Positions 40,332 through 51,117 of a DNA stretch of 64,000 bases are shown here, one piece after another. Positions within the stretch are counted from its first letter, which is position 1. Each line of letters opens with the position of its first letter. Both the position numbers and the translations under genes were made by a program. The stretch comes from Paraphysomonas bandaiensis (Eukaryota > Protista > Chrysophyceae), in assembly GCA_965644295.1 (NCBI GenBank), contig CBFFRP010000043.1, positions 30,516-94,515 of the forward strand, read 5' to 3'. Below the pieces are notes generated by a model. That model had not been told where the DNA came from. It did no database searches and saw only the letters and a list, made by a program, of their open reading frames with translations.

Positions 40332-40602
40332 TCACTTTGACGTAGTAACTCCACCATCCCATACATTTTTCTCCAATATTTCCTCTATTTGGGTGTTACA
40401 GTAATCAACATAAGAGGAATCAATTATAACATGAGTTTCATCGATATCTTCCAATACAAATTGCTTCTTCTGATTCAAAAACATTATGAGTTGTTTTATA
40501 GGGACATCACTGCAACAATTCTTACTCTTGAGTTAAACGTAAACACATAACTTACCAAGTGATAAGAGTTCCACGCTTAGGATCAGGCAGAAGAAACGGC
40601 AT
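40332..40602 (-). CDS. TFB5: TFIIH subunit p8/Tfb5 (GTF2H5/TTDA), 74 aa, 2 exons
   Basis: Exons 40602-40556 and 40509-40332 splice to MPFLLPDPKRGTLITCDVPIKQLIMFLNQKKQFVLEDIDETHVIIDSSYVDYCNTQIEEILEKNVWDGGVTTSK, matching the Tfb5 pattern (G.LI.CD...KQ, F...DID.TH). Confidence 0.9.
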
Positions 40603-41100
40603 TGGAAATGTTTGGTGGGCTCGAAATCGCAACTCTTCCAACTAGATTCACAGTTCGAAAGCACTTTGCATTACCATTCATGCAGTATATGGAAAGCGTC
40701 TTGTCAGAGAAATGAATTGAACTCACTGGTGGATGCATTCAGGGCAGCTAGAAATCCCGAATATTTCACACAGAATAGAAAATACTCAAAAAAATGTCCA
40801 GGATTTATATACATCAGACCTCTATCTTGTCGAGTTTTCGAGAAGAACCGGTCGAGTGTAACCCGTATGCTATGAACAATACTGTACGGGATACACAGAT
40901 GTATGCTTTGGACACAGATCAACCACAACCGCAAAAATACCATTGAAATCAACACATGCGTCGAAGCAAATACAAATCTTCGAATGCTGTGGTGTCATTC
41001 TATCAATATTCACAGCATTAGGGTTTAATATATAGACCTCCCTGGATAGAAAGAACGCGTATATAGTAGTATCTGTGATCCTCTTTATTGACTGTTTAGG

Positions 41101-41784
41101 ATGGGAAACTGCTGTCCTTGCTTTAGAAGCCCGGAAAATGAGTATAGCCGAGTTCCAACGACTAGTGACACACCTGATGTACCTGTCCCTCAGAAATACT
41201 ACCAGACAGAGCAGCCAGAAGCAGTTAGTGTAATGGCGGGCGGAAATGTAGATTCACACCTAAGTAAAGCTGTTAGAGAATCAAGTGACAGTACCGCCAC
41301 AGAAAACCCCAGCTGTAATAACATTTCATCGACCCAGAACTGCACTGATAAGTCCCCGTCGCTAGACACTAATGGAATACAATTAATTGAAACTACCGAC
41401 TCTGCGTCACTTAGCGCTTTAACTCCAACCTCATCTAGCTATATCACAGCTAATTCATGCAGCGCAGATTCAAACGGAGGAGTCGGGGTCACACAGCAGA
41501 CACAATCTTCCTCTACTGCACCCCATAATCCACCCGAACCTCTTCCTCCTGCTGCCCTAGGAGTGATGTCTGACATAAACGTTGCTACCTCCTCTGATCA
41601 ACACAGTGCCAACGAAAAAGCAACACCATCCGACATTACGAAAAACAAAATATTTTGCACCCGCTGCAAGTGTTACAAGGCTAAGAAGGAATTTAGTAAT
41701 CACCAACAAACAAAATACAAAGCTGGAAGACCGGCTAACTGTAAGACGTGTGTAGCAGAACGTGCGCGTAGAGGTGATGTTTAG
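41101..41784 (+). CDS. Putatively acylated protein with C-terminal Stc1-like C4 zinc finger
   Basis: N-terminus MGNCCPC; S/T-rich disordered linker; CTRC...KKEFSNHQ...CKTC. Confidence 0.7.
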   Translation: MGNCCPCFRSPENEYSRVPTTSDTPDVPVPQKYYQTEQPEAVSVMAGGNVDSHLSKAVRESSDSTATENPSCNNISSTQNCTDKSPSLDTNGIQLIETTDSASLSALTPTSSSYITANSCSADSNGGVGVTQQTQSSSTAPHNPPEPLPPAALGVMSDINVATSSDQHSANEKATPSDITKNKIFCTRCKCYKAKKEFSNHQQTKYKAGRPANCKTCVAERARRGDV

Positions 41785-42947
41785 TCATAACGAGCCGTTA
41801 GTTTAAAGAATATCTGAGAAATTATTTAATAATTTTAACCTTGTTTTCAAGTTCAAGAGCAAGCCCTGCTTTTATGCTTAATAAAAACAATATATATAAA
41901 TGCACCGAATATGCGGGCATTGGGTGGTTGAAATGGGTAGAAAGTCTGCTGAAGTGGATGGCTGCCATCCAGTGCAAGTGCAAAAATTGCACAATACACT
42001 ACGTAGACAATTAGAGCTCTTCTTTGTGGTAGACCGTACATACTGAATATATTGGTATAGTGAATGAGGAAGACACTGACAAATGCTAATTGTATGATAA
42101 TGTATTTTGGGGAGGCGTGTGTTACTGGAGTAATCACATTCAACTTATTTACTGCTAAAAAATTTTGGGTAGCATAAATGAAATACGAAAACTTAGTCAA
42201 TGTACTGTTTTAGGCACTGAAACATTATAACTTGTAAAGTTACTAAGCGCCATGCATTACTTTCTCCATATCAATACCGGCTCAATTATAGCGTCGTATA
42301 CTGGCTGTTACGTCAAACAAGTATTTAAAATTTATATCTCCAATCTAACTGAAAATAATGATTAAAAAGTTACCACACATCAATCTCTTCTATATCAAAC
42401 GCAGTTCTTCAGAAATGATCAATTCTATTGATGGATGTTCTATTTTATAGGTGATTACAAGACATTTTTCTATAATGTTTTCACTGGTAAAAGACTGGGC
42501 ATTATTATCTGTGTTTCGCGTTAAGATTTATATAAAGATAGCTATTACTTTGCATCTTCAATCGATATCTATTACCAGATATCTGGATATCTTGATATAG
42601 AATGTTATATAGCCATCTCGTAAACCTCGCATCTTCATTGTAGATATATAGAGTGCTCTACTGTATATGTGTGCCCCTATATACTGTACTGGGATACAGA
42701 AAGAATACGTACAGTAGATACACTGTATAGCCTCTTGACCTCCTCATAGCTAAACACGTTGTACATTGTAATTTCACAAAATCCCAGGTTTTCATATCTC
42801 TATCTGTAAAAAATGAAATCTCTCGTTGCTATAAGTCTGAATATCATCATCGTCAACAGGCAGTGTCCACATTTAATACATCGATACATGTATGGGATTC
42901 ATCCTCCAGGATAGTTAAGTAGCATTCTCTCTTCCTGATTCGAAAGT

Positions 42948-43400
42948 ATGCCGGTTCGATGTGCCACTATAGACGATATAGAGAAACTATCACATTTATT
43001 CGATTGTTATCGAGTGTTTTACAGACAGGAGTCTGATATCACTGCTGCTAAACAGTTTTTATTGGATCGAATAAATCAAAATGATTCTGTTATATATGTA
43101 GCAGAGTCTGAAATAGACAACAACATTGTGGGATTTACGCAATTATATCCACTCTTTTCGTCTGTTAGGCTGAAGCGCCTGTGGCAATTGAACGACTTAT
43201 ACGTTGATATTAATTATCGACAACAGGGGTTTGCAGTTGCTTTGATTGAGCAAGCCAAAAGTTTGGCGAATAACACGAATTCATGTGGCCTGTTCCTCGA
43301 AACAGAAAAAACAAATGATGTTGGGAATAGATTGTATCCTAAAACAGGATTCGTATATGACGATGAGTGTAACTACTATCATTGGAGCCCCACTGTTTAG
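42948..43400 (+). CDS. GNAT family N-acetyltransferase, bacterial type, intronless
   Basis: LFDCYRVFY, GFTQLYPLFSS, WQLNDLYV, RQQGFA (acetyl-CoA motif A), LETEKTN..GNRLYP..GF. Confidence 0.9.
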   Translation: MPVRCATIDDIEKLSHLFDCYRVFYRQESDITAAKQFLLDRINQNDSVIYVAESEIDNNIVGFTQLYPLFSSVRLKRLWQLNDLYVDINYRQQGFAVALIEQAKSLANNTNSCGLFLETEKTNDVGNRLYPKTGFVYDDECNYYHWSPTV

Positions 43401-45289
43401 GATTACACTCTAGTTATGCACGTCCCATTTTATTTTGATATCGTTTGACGCCTTATATCTAGGTAGGATGTATTGCACATTCTTAATTGGTTCTTTGTGG
43501 TTGTTAGTCTATTATTAAACAGCACTGATGTAATGGAATGATATTTTTTTGTCTAAAAAATATCAGCTGGCAATGAGCAGACCTAGAAGGAAATCAAACT
43601 ACAACGACAAGTGTCAAATGCGATAAGTTAGTTATACTTGGCTGTTACGTACTTTTCTTAGGAACACACCACGTAGTGTACAACTATAAGTATTCCATAT
43701 TATATCATCCCGTGCCCAGAGAAGAAATTAAAATGACTGACTAGCTATAGGAGAATGAAATAATAGTAAACCTGGCATTTCTCGATGTCGTTATCCAGAA
43801 GAAGAGTATTCGATTTATTATAGCAAGGAAACTTTTTCCACACACGTGATAATTCTTTCAAAAACCGTGGCTGCGAACACGATACAATGACATTTATCAC
43901 CAAAAATTAAACAATTCAAACCTTGACATTTCCTCTCCCGTCTACGTCAGGGTTATAACAGCGTGTTGACTCGCCTTGAGACCAAACAAAGAGCAATTTC
44001 GTCTTTTCAAACAAGTCTAAGTCAATATGTTGGCACAACTCCATGCAGCTATCTCAAAATGTTCTTCACATAAAGCTAAAAACTCTTCAAAATAAGGTTT
44101 ATTATGATATTGACAGTGATGTATGAGATTTAATTATAGTACACAATTGTAGACAAAGCTGATCATCAAACACTCCAAGTTGTATTCCATCCTTCGTCTG
44201 CTGTAGAAGGTAGAAGATCATAGTGTCGTTAATGCAAACTTCGAAACAACTTCAAGATTATTTCAGAAGAATTTAAGTGCCATATCTGATGCTGTATAGG
44301 TAGTTAAGGGCAGTAGCACCCAGCTCTTTCAGGGTTTGGGCCGCATATTGTGCTTATGAGGATATTGTGTACCATGCTACTCACATCTCACATCATGTGC
44401 ACTAGCAGAGGTTAAGCCTATTGCATATAATTGTGATGATAATGCTAATTAAGGCAATAAGAAGCCTTTCGTGTGACTACAACTGTTCGCATTCATCATC
44501 ACACTTATCTACGAATTTCAACACCTCACAGTTGCTTTTCCCTCAGTACTATTCTGTGGTAAGAGTACATTTGTTTTCGCTATTATATAGGGATATATTA
44601 TTCAACCTAGTCAATTTGGTGGAATTTCCTAGTCATTCCATTTTCGGTGTAAAAACCTAGTCACAGCCATAAATGACTCAACCTAGCCAATTATAGTATT
44701 AAACCTAGTCGTTCTTATATCCATTGATTACACATTGCGACTGTCTAAGATACGTGCACACACCACACAACATATTGATGGCTCGGAGAGCATCACAACA
44801 AACATAGCAATTCATTCATATCTACATATCTACATAACAGTGTATGTGTATATATATGCAGCATATCTGTGTAGCTTATTAGTGTACGATGGTCTCTTAT
44901 CAGTGTTATGAGGAGGAGGAGTGGTCAGTGTAGCTGTGCTGCGGACATACCCCCATGAATATACGTAGACAGACACCTGGAGATCTTCATACGCTATGAG
45001 TGAGATCGCTTCCCTTCCTTCAGCGACTTGCTTGTTGAATGAGCGACTGCTTTGACTTCCAGGAGGGCATGAATACCCCATGTTTCGAGACCGATTAACA
45101 AAAAAGAGGGGTTTTTATGTCAAAGTCTGTGTATTTGTAAAAACAACATCACTGAAATGGACTGCCTTTCCAGGAGCAAATCAAACGATGAGGAGTCCGT
45201 CGTACAGTGGAGCCCTTTAATCTCTCTGCCACGGGATGGATCACTGGCAGTCTCCCGCAATAGTCTCTTGATGCTCCCATTATGATCTG

Positions 45290-45475
45290 TACACTATAGT
45301 GACATTGTGGCCTCTATACACTGTAGTGGTTGTGACCTGTACACTGCAGTGGTTATGATATGTACACTGCAGTGGTTGTGACCTGTACACTGCAGTGGTT
45401 ATGATATGTACACTGCAGTGGTTATGATATGTACACTGCAGTGGTTATGATATGTACACTACAGTGGTTGTGAAC
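45290..45475. repeat. 23-bp minisatellite, ~8 copies
   Basis: Units gtacactgcagtggtt followed by atgatat or gtgacct. Confidence 0.9.
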
Positions 45476-45582
45476 ATGTAAGTCAACTTGTGTTTCAGAG
45501 GTGCACACAGCTCATACAGCCACAACCCTTCCTTGTCCTGTTTCATGTAAACAACACGTACATCTGGACTTTTACCTGCAAA

Positions 45583-46222
45583 TCAATATTCTATTACGTA
45601 TATAGTAAGCAATATTTTGCTAGCACCTGAAAAATGTAGAAGCTTCTCATCTCCAGCAAGAGCACGACCAATCCCTCTAAGGATGCTTCTGAAGTTCGAA
45701 GATATACCTTCAGAGTAGCGCTTGTCCAACGTAAAGTTGGAAGTGAATATTTCGGCAAATCGTATGCCAAACGACGAAATCGTAGGATAATTTCTTCTGA
45801 ACTCTTTTCGGTAATACTCAAGTTGTGAACGCAGTGGACGGATATTCTTCTGGACACCAGTAAACACGAACTGTTCGCCATAAATACGAATCCAAATGGC
45901 AAGCATCTTGTATATCTTACTCACAGATAACAGCACGGAGTCCCCTCTGTTGTAAAGGAGGTGCTCAGGATCTATATCTCGGGCAATTGTCGTGACAAGT
46001 GCAGGTGTAACAAACTTCAGAAATATGCTCAGAAGCGTTGTCCTTCGCAGCTTAAACGTCGGATTTTGACTGAGAAGGTCTGAATTTGGCAAATGAAACG
46101 TGTCTCAAATCAACCCGCTTCCACTGCTTTTTAAGCTTCTTCGACTCAGCCCTAATTTTGGCTTGTCGTGCAGCCTTCTCTGTGCGCTCTTTTGTATTGG
46201 ATCTGCTCTGCATTGGAGACAT
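45583..46222 (-). pseudogene. Hypothetical gene, apparently frameshifted
   Basis: MSPMQSRSNTKERTEKAARQ...WKRVDLRHVS from 46222 terminates shortly after overlapping a 169-aa coding-like ORF (45583-46092) in another frame. Confidence 0.35.
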
Positions 46223-46313
46223 CTTTAAGTATAAGAATGAGTCGAATATAATGAAGTTACCTGCACATCATTTTGCCTTGTGATTGGGTCACTGGGAGTA
46301 TTGTCCGCTGCTG

Positions 46314-47903
46314 TCATATGAATTCACATACTTCATTTGAGTCGAGTCTGAATTGACTGTTACGTTTTTTCCGTACATAACAACAGTGTTTATTGTGTTT
46401 TTTGTGCTGTGATGGTGAGTGTGGTTTTTGAGTGTGGTTAAAACCAAACATGGACATTGGACATCGAGGGTCCTGTGAACGAAGCCAATCCAGAACATCT
46501 AGGTGCCCACCCTGTGCAGCAGCTTTGCAAGAAACAAAACTCCATGGACATGGAGAGTCCTGTGAACGAAGCCACTTCAGAACATCCAAGTGTCCACCTC
46601 TTGCAGCAGCTTCGCAAGTCTTGTTATTCCATGGACATGGAGGGTCCTGTGAACGAAGCCACCTAAGAACATCTAGGTGCCCACCCTCTGCAGCAGCACT
46701 GCAAGAATATTCATTCCATGGACATGGTGGATCCTGTGAACGAAGCCATCTAAGAACATCCAAGTGTCCACCCTGTGCAGCAGCTTTGCAAGAAACAAAA
46801 CTCCATGGACATGGAGAGTCCTGTGAACGAAGCCACTTCAGAACATCCAAGTGTCCACCTTCTGCAGCAACTGCGCAACTCCGTTCATTCCATGCACATG
46901 GAGGGTCCTGTGAACGAAGCCACTTCAGAACATCCAAGTGTCCACCTCTTGCAGCAGCTTCGCAAGTCCTGTTATTCCATGGACATGGAGGGTCCTGTGA
47001 ACGAAGCCATCTAAGAACATCTAGGTGCCCACCCTCTGCAGCAGCAGCACTGCAAGAATATGAATTCCATGGACATGGAGGGTCCTGTGAACGAAGCCAC
47101 TTCAGAACATCCAAGTGTCCACCCTGTGCAGCAGCTTCGCAAGTATATAAACTCCATGGACATGGAGGATCTTGTGAACGAAGCCATCTAAGAACATCCA
47201 AGTGCCCACCCTGTGCAGCAGTATTGCATGTCCAGTGATCCCATGGACATGGAGGGTCCTGTGAACGAAGCCACTTCAGAACATCCAAGTGTCCACCCTC
47301 TGCAGCAGCAGCACTGCAAGAATATGAATTCCATGGACATGGAGGGTCCTGTGAACGAAGCCACTTCAGAACATCCAAGTGTCCACCCTGTGCAGCAGCT
47401 TTGCAAGTATATAAACTCCATGGACATGGAGGATCCTGTGAGCAAAGCCATCTAAGAACATCCAAGTGTCCACCTCTTGCTGAAGCTTTGCAAGTATATA
47501 CATTCCATGGACACGGAGGGTGCTGTGCATGAAGCCACTGATGTGTATTCAATTCAATAGAAGCATGATCTGCATTATGTGTATGTGTATGTGTATATAT
47601 ATGTGTGTGTAAGTATATCATCTGCTGTAGTCTGCCGTATAGTGCACATGTATCCATTAGTTTGAGGTGTGGGCAGCCCATAGCCAGAGCCCATGAGACC
47701 ATGGAGTTGGTCATGCAGTAGTGAGATGCATGTGACTCAAGTCTCTCTCTGCTCTTGTCTCTGCTCTTAACTCTCGTGTTATCAGCCATATCGTGAAGTC
47801 TCTTGCAAGTCATCATCACAGGAAGGAGAGCTTTGTGTGGGATCATAGAGATGATGATACGAATCACGTCATCGTTGAGATCAGATATACTCAACATACC
47901 CAT
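46314..47903 (-). CDS. F-box-like N-terminus plus 12 ankyrin-like 'CPW' repeats (29-30 aa), paralog A
   Basis: LSISDLNDDVIRIIISMIPHKALLPVMMTCKRLH; 87-bp tandem units encoding xxx(T/S)CxxAAxGGHLDVL(K/R)WLRSQDPPCPW. Confidence 0.9.
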   Translation of the reverse strand: MGMLSISDLNDDVIRIIISMIPHKALLPVMMTCKRLHDMADNTRVKSRDKSRERLESHASHYCMTNSMVSWALAMGCPHLKLMDTCALYGRLQQMIYLHTHIYTHTHTHNADHASIELNTHQWLHAQHPPCPWNVYTCKASARGGHLDVLRWLCSQDPPCPWSLYTCKAAAQGGHLDVLKWLRSQDPPCPWNSYSCSAAAAEGGHLDVLKWLRSQDPPCPWDHWTCNTAAQGGHLDVLRWLRSQDPPCPWSLYTCEAAAQGGHLDVLKWLRSQDPPCPWNSYSCSAAAAEGGHLDVLRWLRSQDPPCPWNNRTCEAAARGGHLDVLKWLRSQDPPCAWNERSCAVAAEGGHLDVLKWLRSQDSPCPWSFVSCKAAAQGGHLDVLRWLRSQDPPCPWNEYSCSAAAEGGHLDVLRWLRSQDPPCPWNNKTCEAAARGGHLDVLKWLRSQDSPCPWSFVSCKAAAQGGHLDVLDWLRSQDPRCPMSMFGFNHTQKPHSPSQHKKHNKHCCYVRKKRNSQFRLDSNEVCEFI

Positions 47904-49423
47904 ACTGATGATATGATGAGGTTACGTGAGGCTGATGGAGTGTGTATACATACACAGCAGATGACAGTCAAATGCATGCGACTCGTATCTTGCTGTATAC
48001 ATACATGCACATACACAACTGTATGTGGCAACACAGCAGCTGAAGAGAAGAGCAGGCGCATACTGGGGACACTTGCTGGGGCACAGAATACTGTATATGA
48101 TGGTATACCAGTGGAATACAGTCTTCTCCAGCACAAGAAATCTTCCCACACCCATTCAATAAGACAGTTTTTTCCAATAATCCTGCTGTTTCTAGACTTT
48201 CGGAGTGAAAATGTCCACTTGTTATGTCAACGAGAGGCACTAAAATGACTGTTTTTTGTTGTTTTTGATGGTTTTGTTTGTATTTCGATGTTTTTATTAT
48301 GAAGATTAGGATCACGTTAACACCATACTGCACCCCTCATACCATACTCTGATACCTCCACAACAATAACATCTAGACATGAGATCATTGTAAGTGGATA
48401 TAACAATATGCATATCACATAGCCTGTATTAGGCTTGACAAGGGATGGAAATGGGTGCATAGATCGATTAGGGGATAATCAGAGAGGTGAGCACACTGTA
48501 AGAGGAAGAGGGGCAGCACTCATAAATGGAGAGTTGGGGACTGAAGAACAGCGATGAGAGATATTTTTCCAATATGTAGAGGGGTGAGAGGGCTCTGTGC
48601 AGTGTGTATATTTGGACAGCTCTGACGCCCTCTGTATACATCAGTAAAGAGCAGCACACACACATATGGATGAGAGCATACAGAAGATCAGCCACCAGAT
48701 AACTGTGTATTTATGTATTTGAGAGTCCCCCAAAAGAGTTTTGATGTCATCGGAGACATTATGTCGAGGTATAAGGCTTTGTATAGATGTTGACAACATG
48801 CCTTGCAAAATACGTTCAGGGATGTATGAGGTTGAGTTCGATGTCGACGATGCAGCACCAGTTGCGACGTAGAGGTGGTACGGCAGGGATGACCACCAAC
48901 CGTCGTATACTTATATAGAATAGCTACCAGAGAATAAAATGTAGAGTCCAGTAGTGGTAGTGGGATCATAGCAGGAAGGAGGAATAGCAAGAAGGCACTA
49001 TAAAGGTATGTGTGATGCTTGTATCTATATACCTACCAGTGCTTATGGCCTATCTTTGCTGATTTTTGACATATCTACGAATTTCTGTTGACTACGTACG
49101 TCGAATCAGTGTATATATAATACGTTAATTTAAATTCATAGCTCTCCTGGGATTAGTGTTAATGAATTTACATTAGTCGATCGGACTATAAAGTATATAT
49201 GTAGTAGGTAGTAGGGCGTGTATAGTGCACATGCATACATGCCACAACTAAATTTATCATGTATATAGATACACTGATAGATACTTATTCGTTATTATCT
49301 ATCCCGAAATCATCCCACAGTCAAGGCTACTAGAATGCGTTTTTCAGAAACATTATTTTGCTAAGATTTCAACCTGACATCGAAAGCTGATTCTTGATAT
49401 ATGGCTCTTTAAGCTATTCGAAG

Positions 49424-50672
49424 CAGGGCTGGAAACCATTAATGGTAGTGGCATTAATGGCCATTAATGGTAATGCCATTATAATTGCCGGGACTTTTTT
49501 CATTAATGCCATTATAATTGCGGGAAACTGGACTACCATTAATGGGCCATTAATGGTATCCCATTAACAATGACCTGTACTGCTATATATAGAACTGAGT
49601 GTTATTAAGATAATATAGAATATAGTATCTCCTCTATGCTCCGAAGAAACTCTAAACAATATTCATGCAACTCTACAGGCACTCTGTGGCAACTCTGTTC
49701 ACTATCTTCTTAATGCATTCCACAGGTAGAGAATAGTGTCCTGACGATATCCATGCATAGCAACGTACCCATATACCCAAAAACTCTAAAATAACCATTG
49801 AAAATATGCATATTTCACCTAAAAACATTAATTAAAACACTATTTTCCCCCAAAGTTGAAAGAAGCTACAGCAGTACACAACTAAGCGAAGTAATATACT
49901 CTGTATTTATACCATATATATACAATATACAATATACACAGCATATTAAGCAACGATGATGGCCGAAAAAATTGATGGCAGTGTAATTTACAGAGTCTTC
50001 TTCCGAGTGGATTCAGAGAATCCTCTGTATCATATTTGTTCTTTGTGCAATAACCGCCTTAAATTCAAGGGAACGATGAAAGAGAGTTGACAGGCAATGA
50101 GAGAAAAGAGCAGTTAGACATTTGCAACTGGATTCGTCCATGGAGGTTGGTGTACCCGACAGAAATAACGAGGACGAGAGTGAAGGAACTGATTTTGTTC
50201 TAGACAGCGTCGAGGTCACCAAGAGAGCCTGACTTGGTCCAACTACCGCTGCTTGCTTCATATTGAAGCACAATCTAATGTTGTTGAGAGGCTCTTTAGT
50301 CGTGCAAAGTTGATTATGACACCTGAGCGTAGAAACATGAATCCATATCGTCTAGAATTGTTGTCATTCCCACGAGCCAATTACATGTTGTGGGATGTAT
50401 ATACCCTCCATGAAGCCCTGCAAGAAGATCCTGATGTGCCAGTAGAGAGCGAGAAGTAGTAGTTAAAATTGTAGTCTGCTATTTAACTAAAAATTAGTAA
50501 TTAAGAGAGCACAACACTATCTATTATATGAGTGGTGTCATCTACTTTAAGTTAGTAGGTATTAATGGCCATTAATGGCCATTATAATTTCCGGGACATT
50601 TTTCATTAATGCCATTATAATTGCCGGGAACTGGACTACCATTAATGGGCCATTAATGGTTACCAGGCCCTG
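49424..50672 (+). mobile_element. Non-autonomous hAT DNA transposon (second family)
   Basis: TIRs cagggctggaaaccattaatgg ... ccattaatggttaccaggccctg; 8-bp TSD ATTCGAAG at 49416-49423 and 50673-50680; palindromic ccattaatgg subterminal repeats. Confidence 0.93.
50253..50459 (+). pseudogene. hAT transposase dimerisation-domain remnant
   Basis: SNVVERLFSRAKLIMTPERRNMNPYRLELLSFPRAN..LW. Confidence 0.85.
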
Positions 50673-51117
50673 ATTCGAAGTATATCAGATACTCATCGTG
50701 AGCTCAATACTCATGAGATAATATCCTATGTTGATACAGAAACAAGGAATTAAATTGATAATGCAGTTATTTTTGAAACTGTCACCGTTGAAACTCAAAC
50801 TCTACTTATGTCATGGCATTGGGCATTGTCTCACATCTAACTTAAATATCAACAAAGCATTCACCGGCCAAATATCCATCACTATTATGATAGCCATATA
50901 CGAAAAGATTCCAATTTCGTATTTCGCATTTCCCTGTATGTAATACACTCGATGTGGATTTTAAAAATGCTCTCTTTATCCATATACAAAAAAATCATGA
51001 GATTGTTATTATTTCATGTCTGATTAGATACCTCCTAAAAACTAGGCCATAATGCCTACTATGTGTAAAGGTATTTCCAAAAACACAAATGTCCATACTA
51101 AACAGCAGAGAAGCATA

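Noticed and set aside
44600-44712. Five spaced (a)cctag(t/c)c motifs
   Set aside because: Could be TE subterminal repeats, but no TIR or TSD was found to support a call.
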